Part shown: positions 59,136-64,000 of the stretch, piece by piece
Layout: each line of letters starts with the position of its first letter
Position numbering within the stretch: position 1 is the first letter of the stretch
Assembly: GCA_964417645.1 (NCBI GenBank)
Contig: CAYQIS010000003.1
Coordinates: 19,568 to 83,567, forward strand
Direction: 5' to 3'
From: an uncultured Spirochaetia bacterium
GTDB lineage: Bacteria; Oederibacteriota; PGYV01
DNA: 64,000 nt
Notes under the pieces: model-generated
The model's database searches: none
Told to the model about the DNA's origin: nothing
What the model saw: only the letters and a program-made list of their open reading frames with translations
Translations under genes and position numbers: made by a program

Positions 59136-59164
59136 TTGACCGACGTGTTTTGGTGTGCTAATAT
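59136..59164 (+). promoter_or_regulatory. sigma70-type promoter of the HD-GYP/cyclase operon
   Basis: TTGACC-N17-TAATAT. Confidence 0.55.
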
Positions 59165-59207
59165 CTTTTTGTAAGGGACGGAAACACAGGATTTTTGGAG
59201 GATTGTA

Positions 59208-60485
59208 TTGAAGATTAAAACGCAGATGTTTATAGTCACTTTAATTATAATTTTCATTTCTGTTTCAATAACCACTTTGGTATTGATGAAGGATGCGTTA
59301 TATGTAATTTCAAATGAAAGTGTTGATAAAGGAAAAATACTTGCGGCATATATTGCAGGATCGGCCGCGGATTCTCTTGCGTTAAACGAGGAAGTTTCAC
59401 TTTTGTCGTATATTAATGAAGCAAGCAAAATGAGCGGTATAAGCCTTGTTTTAATCACCGATAATAACGGGTTTATTAAAGCAAGTTCCAATATTGATGA
59501 TTTAAGAAAAAAAGTTTCGGATATTTATCCCATGCTTCCGAATAAAAACGGATTGATTTCATTGGAGATAGCAGGCAAAAAAAATGATCTTATTATGTTT
59601 ATGCATCCTGTAATAATTAAAGACAAAACAAAATCTATATCTGTGGGAAGGGTTTATATAGGACTTGATAATAATTTTATTAACAGCAGGCTTAATGGAT
59701 TTATAATTAAAAGCACATTTGTTGCGGTTGCGGTATTAGTGTTATCAGTTACCATTGTGAGTATTTTTACGTCGAGAATAACAGGGCCCCTTAAAAAACT
59801 TATAGAAGGCACAAAAATCATTGCCGGCGGAAATTTAAAACATAAAATAAAAGTCAATGTAAAAAATGAATTTCAGATACTTGCCAACAGTTTAAATGAC
59901 ATGACATTAAAGCTTTCTGATTATTATGACGGAATACTTTGCGCTTTTACTGCGGCTGTTGATGTTAAAGATAAATATACCCCGGCGCATGCAAAGCGTG
60001 TTGCCAGATTATCCGTTAAATTGGCAGAGAAATGCGGACTTTCAGGTAAAAAAATTGAAAACTTAAGAATTGCGGCTCTTCTTAAGGATATAGGAAATAT
60101 AGGAATTGAAAGGAGAATTTTAAAAAAGAAAGATCCTTTGACTCCGGATGAAATTATTGAAATACAAAGACACCCTGAAACAAGCGCAAAAATAATAAAT
60201 AATATTGAAGCTCTTAAAGAAGTTGTGCCGATTATATTACAGCATCACGAGCGTTTTGACGGTTATGGCTACCCTTTGGGTCTTAACGGTAAAAATATCA
60301 GTATAGAGGCAAGAATTCTTTCCATTGTGGATGCTTTTGATGCTATGATTACCGAAAGGGATCACAGACAGGCAATTAAAAAGGAAGAAGCCATATACGA
60401 GCTTAGGCTTAACAAAGGCAAGCAGTTTGATCCCGATCTTACAGAAAAATTTATAGAGATAATTGAAAAAGAAGAGGCGGCTTGA
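59208..60485 (+). CDS. membrane HAMP/HD-GYP domain protein with the HD dyad changed to KD
   Basis: YTPAHAKRV, LLKDIG, HHERFDG.GYP, DAFDAM; TM-sensor-TM-HAMP N-terminus. Confidence 0.88.
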   Translation: MKIKTQMFIVTLIIIFISVSITTLVLMKDALYVISNESVDKGKILAAYIAGSAADSLALNEEVSLLSYINEASKMSGISLVLITDNNGFIKASSNIDDLRKKVSDIYPMLPNKNGLISLEIAGKKNDLIMFMHPVIIKDKTKSISVGRVYIGLDNNFINSRLNGFIIKSTFVAVAVLVLSVTIVSIFTSRITGPLKKLIEGTKIIAGGNLKHKIKVNVKNEFQILANSLNDMTLKLSDYYDGILCAFTAAVDVKDKYTPAHAKRVARLSVKLAEKCGLSGKKIENLRIAALLKDIGNIGIERRILKKKDPLTPDEIIEIQRHPETSAKIINNIEALKEVVPIILQHHERFDGYGYPLGLNGKNISIEARILSIVDAFDAMITERDHRQAIKKEEAIYELRLNKGKQFDPDLTEKFIEIIEKEEAA

Positions 60486-61984
60486 TGAAAAAAAACAAAA
60501 AAAAGGGCGTAAAAATATCGCTTGGAACAAAATTTAGTTTTATTGTGGGGCTTTTGCTTACCGCAATAATGATAAGTATAACCGTATTTATATATAATCA
60601 TGAAAAAGAAGTTCTTGGAAATGAAGTTAAACAAAGAGGTCTTGCCATTGCGATGAATGTTGCAAACAATGCCTCGGAAGCATTATTAAATTCTGATATT
60701 CTTACACTTTCCATTCTTGCAAATGAAGTTCTTCAGTCTCCAATGAAAGAAAAAACAGATGCTCCTTTGTTACAGCAGGTTATTATGTCATTGAAGGATG
60801 AATTTATCGGAAGAAAAGAAAAAGAAATAATAAAAAACGAAGGAATTGTTGGAGCCGTTATTGTTGATGCCAACGGTTTAATGATGGATCCGAAAAAAGC
60901 GGAACAAAAATATTATCCGCCTTCAGGGGTAAAACCGCTGGAGTTGGGACAGGATTATCTTATACAAGAATATCAGTTTAACGGCAAATCGTATTATGAC
61001 ATTGCAGTTCCAAGCATTGAAAAAATAACTGAAAAAAAAGTTGGTGAAGTTCATTTGACAGTTTCACAGGATGTAGTATCAAAAACAGTTTTAACGGCTG
61101 CCGTTAAAGTGCTTGTTATAATGTCTGTTGCGCTTATTGCAGGAATAATTATTACAATTGTGCTGGTGGCTTTTATGGTAAAACCTGTACAGGAGCTTGT
61201 TAAAGGTGTTAATGCAATCGGACAAGGAAACTATGATGTTCAGATAAAAATTAAAAGCCGGGACGAGTTGGGAGAATTAACGGAAGCATTTAATGCCACC
61301 GCAAAAAGTCTTAAAGAGAAAGAGCTTTTAAAAGGAGCTTTTTCCACTTATGTTTCAGGATCAATTATGGAGCAGATATTAAAAGATCCGGGAAAACTTT
61401 CACTTCATGGAACAAAAGTAAAAGCTACAATGCTTTTTACAGATATCAGAGGTTTTACTTCGATGTCTGAAACAATGGAACCCGAGCAGGTTGTTTCTAT
61501 AATTAATGAATATTTGACATTACAGACAGATAAAGTATTTAAATGGAACGGACTTCTTGATAAATTTGTGGGCGATTGCGTGATGGCTGTTTATGGAGTG
61601 CCTTTTGCAAAACCTGATGACTCTTACAGGGCCGTAAGAACAGCCATGGATATCAGAGAAGGCGTTGAGAAAATGAATTCCATCAGAAAAAAGAAAAATT
61701 TGCATACTGTAGGCATAGGGATAGGAATTAATACAGGTCTTGTGGTTTCTGGAAATATGGGATCACCGCAAAAGATGGATTATACAGTAATTGGGGATAA
61801 TGTTAACCTTGCAGCCAGATTGGAAGCAAATGCCCCGGCCGGACAGATTTGGTGCAGTGAAAGCACATATCTTGAAACACGTGATAAAATAGAATATGAG
61901 GAATTGCCCCCGATTATGGTTAAAGGAAAAAAAGATCCGGTAAAAGTTTATCTGCCGGTTAAATTGAAAGAAGGTGTAATGTAA
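60482..61984 (+). CDS. membrane HAMP class III adenylate cyclase
   Basis: LFTDIRGFT, DKFVGD, YTVIGDNVNLAARLE. Confidence 0.92.
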   Translation: MMKKNKKKGVKISLGTKFSFIVGLLLTAIMISITVFIYNHEKEVLGNEVKQRGLAIAMNVANNASEALLNSDILTLSILANEVLQSPMKEKTDAPLLQQVIMSLKDEFIGRKEKEIIKNEGIVGAVIVDANGLMMDPKKAEQKYYPPSGVKPLELGQDYLIQEYQFNGKSYYDIAVPSIEKITEKKVGEVHLTVSQDVVSKTVLTAAVKVLVIMSVALIAGIIITIVLVAFMVKPVQELVKGVNAIGQGNYDVQIKIKSRDELGELTEAFNATAKSLKEKELLKGAFSTYVSGSIMEQILKDPGKLSLHGTKVKATMLFTDIRGFTSMSETMEPEQVVSIINEYLTLQTDKVFKWNGLLDKFVGDCVMAVYGVPFAKPDDSYRAVRTAMDIREGVEKMNSIRKKKNLHTVGIGIGINTGLVVSGNMGSPQKMDYTVIGDNVNLAARLEANAPAGQIWCSESTYLETRDKIEYEELPPIMVKGKKDPVKVYLPVKLKEGVM

Positions 61985-61986
61985 TA

Positions 61987-63234
61987 ATGGAGGACAGGGC
62001 TGACATATTAAAGACAATAACAAGGCTTGCTCAGGCCGGTGAATGGCAGAAAGTTATTGCTGAATATTCAAAAATACTTGCCAATGAACCCGACAATCCA
62101 ACTTTGCATAATTCCATGGGGGATGCCTACGTTAAGCTTGGTGATTACAAAAAAGCTTTTGAACACTATTTAAAAGTGCTTGAAGATATGCAAAAAAAAG
62201 GAAATACATCCAAACTTGTTTTTTTATATAAAAAAATAGCAAAACTTGATCCTAAAAAATTTGATCTTGAAGGCAAAACATTGCATGAAACTATTTCAAA
62301 AACTGTCAAAGCCCGCGAATTATATGAAAGCGGGGATTATGAAAACGCTTTGCCGGTTATTAAAGAAGCAATAAGACTGGATAAAATGAACCCTGATTTA
62401 TATATGATGGCAGGGGATATAGCCGAAAAATCAACTGACATAGGAAATGCGGTCGAAAATTATGTAAAAGCACTGCGTATTATGGTTGAAAAAAACAAAA
62501 AGGAAGAAGCCATGTGTGTGGCGGAAAAAGTTATAAAGCTTGATCCGGGAAATGTTGACGCCGCAGCCATGAAGGCCGAAGATCTTTTGCTTAAAGGAAA
62601 CAAACAGGAAGCCGAAGATATTTTTAAAGAATTATTGATTACGCTTGCCGAAAAAGAACTTGTTGCATCGGGAAAAGAAATGGCTTACAGGGCCATGCAA
62701 TTAAATATTTCTTACGGCCCTCAATTTTACGCATATTTTTTGTTTAAAGACGGGAAATTTGAAGAAGCAAAAAAAGTTCTTGAAGTTAAATACGATCTTA
62801 CGACAGAAGAAAAACTTCTTTTAGGAAAAATATATTATAAAACATCAGAATTTGACAAAGCAAAAGCTGTTCTCTTGTCTTTGGATCCGGATGTAATTAA
62901 TGAGAATGTTGAAATACTTGAACAAATTGGAGATGTTTATCTTAAACTGAGAGAACACAGACAAGCGTCCGCTTTTTATATGAAGGCTGTAAGGAAGCTT
63001 AAAGAAATTAATGATTTTGACCATATAATAATGATGGCCAATAAAGTTCTTAATGTTGATGCCGACAATCTTGAAGTTCATGAAATAATGCTTGACGTTT
63101 TTAATAAAAAAGGCATCAAAAATAAAATAATTGACACTCTTATCAAATTGGCAACATTATATGAAATTAATAACAGACCCGAAGATGCCATAAGGATAAA
63201 AAATACACTTGCTAAAATGAAAATGGTGCAATGA
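61987..63234 (+). CDS. tetratricopeptide repeat protein
   Basis: Repeated A...Y......P.N...H..GD.Y helical units. Confidence 0.8.
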   Translation: MEDRADILKTITRLAQAGEWQKVIAEYSKILANEPDNPTLHNSMGDAYVKLGDYKKAFEHYLKVLEDMQKKGNTSKLVFLYKKIAKLDPKKFDLEGKTLHETISKTVKARELYESGDYENALPVIKEAIRLDKMNPDLYMMAGDIAEKSTDIGNAVENYVKALRIMVEKNKKEEAMCVAEKVIKLDPGNVDAAAMKAEDLLLKGNKQEAEDIFKELLITLAEKELVASGKEMAYRAMQLNISYGPQFYAYFLFKDGKFEEAKKVLEVKYDLTTEEKLLLGKIYYKTSEFDKAKAVLLSLDPDVINENVEILEQIGDVYLKLREHRQASAFYMKAVRKLKEINDFDHIIMMANKVLNVDADNLEVHEIMLDVFNKKGIKNKIIDTLIKLATLYEINNRPEDAIRIKNTLAKMKMVQ

Positions 63235-63608
63235 ACGCTTTTGTTTGCGGAGTTTGCGGATTAAAAAGCGATATAAAAGACATGTGTTTGAAATGGGGCT
63301 ATAACCCTCAAAAGAAAGAAGCTGCCGGTTTTATAATAACACATGCGTTTGAACCATGCATTAACCATTATTTTGAAAAATCCGATTTTTTAAACAGAAA
63401 ACTTGAACTTGAGTATGTATTTAAAAACATGCCGGAATTTATATATTATATGCGGCGGCTTAAAATTAATGAGAGAGAGCTGAAAGCTGTTGTTAATGAG
63501 ATTGAAAAAGGCAGATCTTATATAAGACGTTTTAATGTAATAAAAAAAGAGGTAAAAAAATTGATTATAATGCTTGAAGGTTCGGGTTCAAAAGATGGAA
63601 TGTGCTGA
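63231..63608 (+). CDS. hypothetical protein
   Basis: ATGA overlap with the TPR gene; N-terminal CxxC. Confidence 0.55.
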   Translation: MNAFVCGVCGLKSDIKDMCLKWGYNPQKKEAAGFIITHAFEPCINHYFEKSDFLNRKLELEYVFKNMPEFIYYMRRLKINERELKAVVNEIEKGRSYIRRFNVIKKEVKKLIIMLEGSGSKDGMC

Positions 63609-64000
63609 TTACAGAAAAAAATTAAAAAATTATGCGGAATCTTCATTAAATTTTGATGAAAAAGAGAAAATAGAAGCTCATATTGAAAAATGTCCTGTTT
63701 GTCTGAGGGAATTGTCAATGTGGCAGGAAGTTATTGAAAAACAAAAAAAGATTGCAAATTTCAATTCGCAAAAAGGACTTGCAGACAGAATAAGGGAAAC
63801 GGGAAAAAAGATGGAAAGAGAAATTTATATGGCGCCTTCTGCAAGACGACTTAATTATGTGGCAAAAACATTGCGTTCACCCGTTGGCTTTATAATATCA
63901 GTGACAACAGCTGTTATTATGGGTCTGGCGGTACTTTTTATTTTGATAAAAAAACAATTAAGCCCTGCATTTTATATTTTAATGATAATAGGAGGTTTTT
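63595..64000 (+). CDS. zf-HC2 (anti-sigma-type zinc finger) membrane protein, truncated by the window end
   Basis: Translated by hand: MECADYRKKLKNY...IEAHIEKCPVCLREL...(TM); frame open to the end; absent from the ORF track. Confidence 0.8.
   Translation, partial: MECADYRKKLKNYAESSLNFDEKEKIEAHIEKCPVCLRELSMWQEVIEKQKKIANFNSQKGLADRIRETGKKMEREIYMAPSARRLNYVAKTLRSPVGFIISVTTAVIMGLAVLFILIKKQLSPAFYILMIIGGF

Overview
AT-rich bacterial chromosome segment (roughly one-third G+C by eye) containing the replication-origin region of a probably diderm, deep-branching organism. It has beta-barrel OMPs, TolB-like proteins and gmhB, but also a Firmicute-like efp-accB-accC-asp23-amaP-DUF2273 order; a candidate phylum such as Goldiibacteriota is an unverified guess. 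Contents: (1) an actinobacterial-style phosphatidylinositol-mannoside-like lipid operon (pgsA, ino1, two PatA-like acyltransferases, PimA-like GT4, PHP phosphoesterase); (2) a CO2/anaplerosis cluster (DUF2294/MpsC, PEPCK-fold DUF4914, OFA-type MFS, HAD, beta-carbonic anhydrase, GTP-PEPCK) with a structured leader and intrinsic terminator before DUF4914; (3) a long minus-strand run dnaA-dnaN-gyrA-pseudokinase-beta-helix protein-dciA-gyrB-crp-HAD-cya-3D-GT-C-GT2-MTase-ffs-dnaX-ybaB-recR-U32-MORN; (4) two tandem OMP paralogs, one broken by a single in-frame TAG; (5) purC-pepP-efp-acc-asp23-thiD2-thiC; (6) queA, two TolB-like genes, a MORN-repeat gene, rsmG, recF with two parS sites, a degenerate HD-GYP/adenylate cyclase pair, a TPR protein and a partial zf-HC2 gene. 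No tRNA, rRNA, CRISPR array, transposase or integrase was seen. Best leads: the DUF2294-linked attenuator system, the PIM-like operon, a phased DnaA-box array 23 kb from dnaA, two pseudo-enzymes (HK and HD-GYP), the amber-interrupted OMP and an atypical EF-P loop. All family calls come from motif recognition, not database searches.
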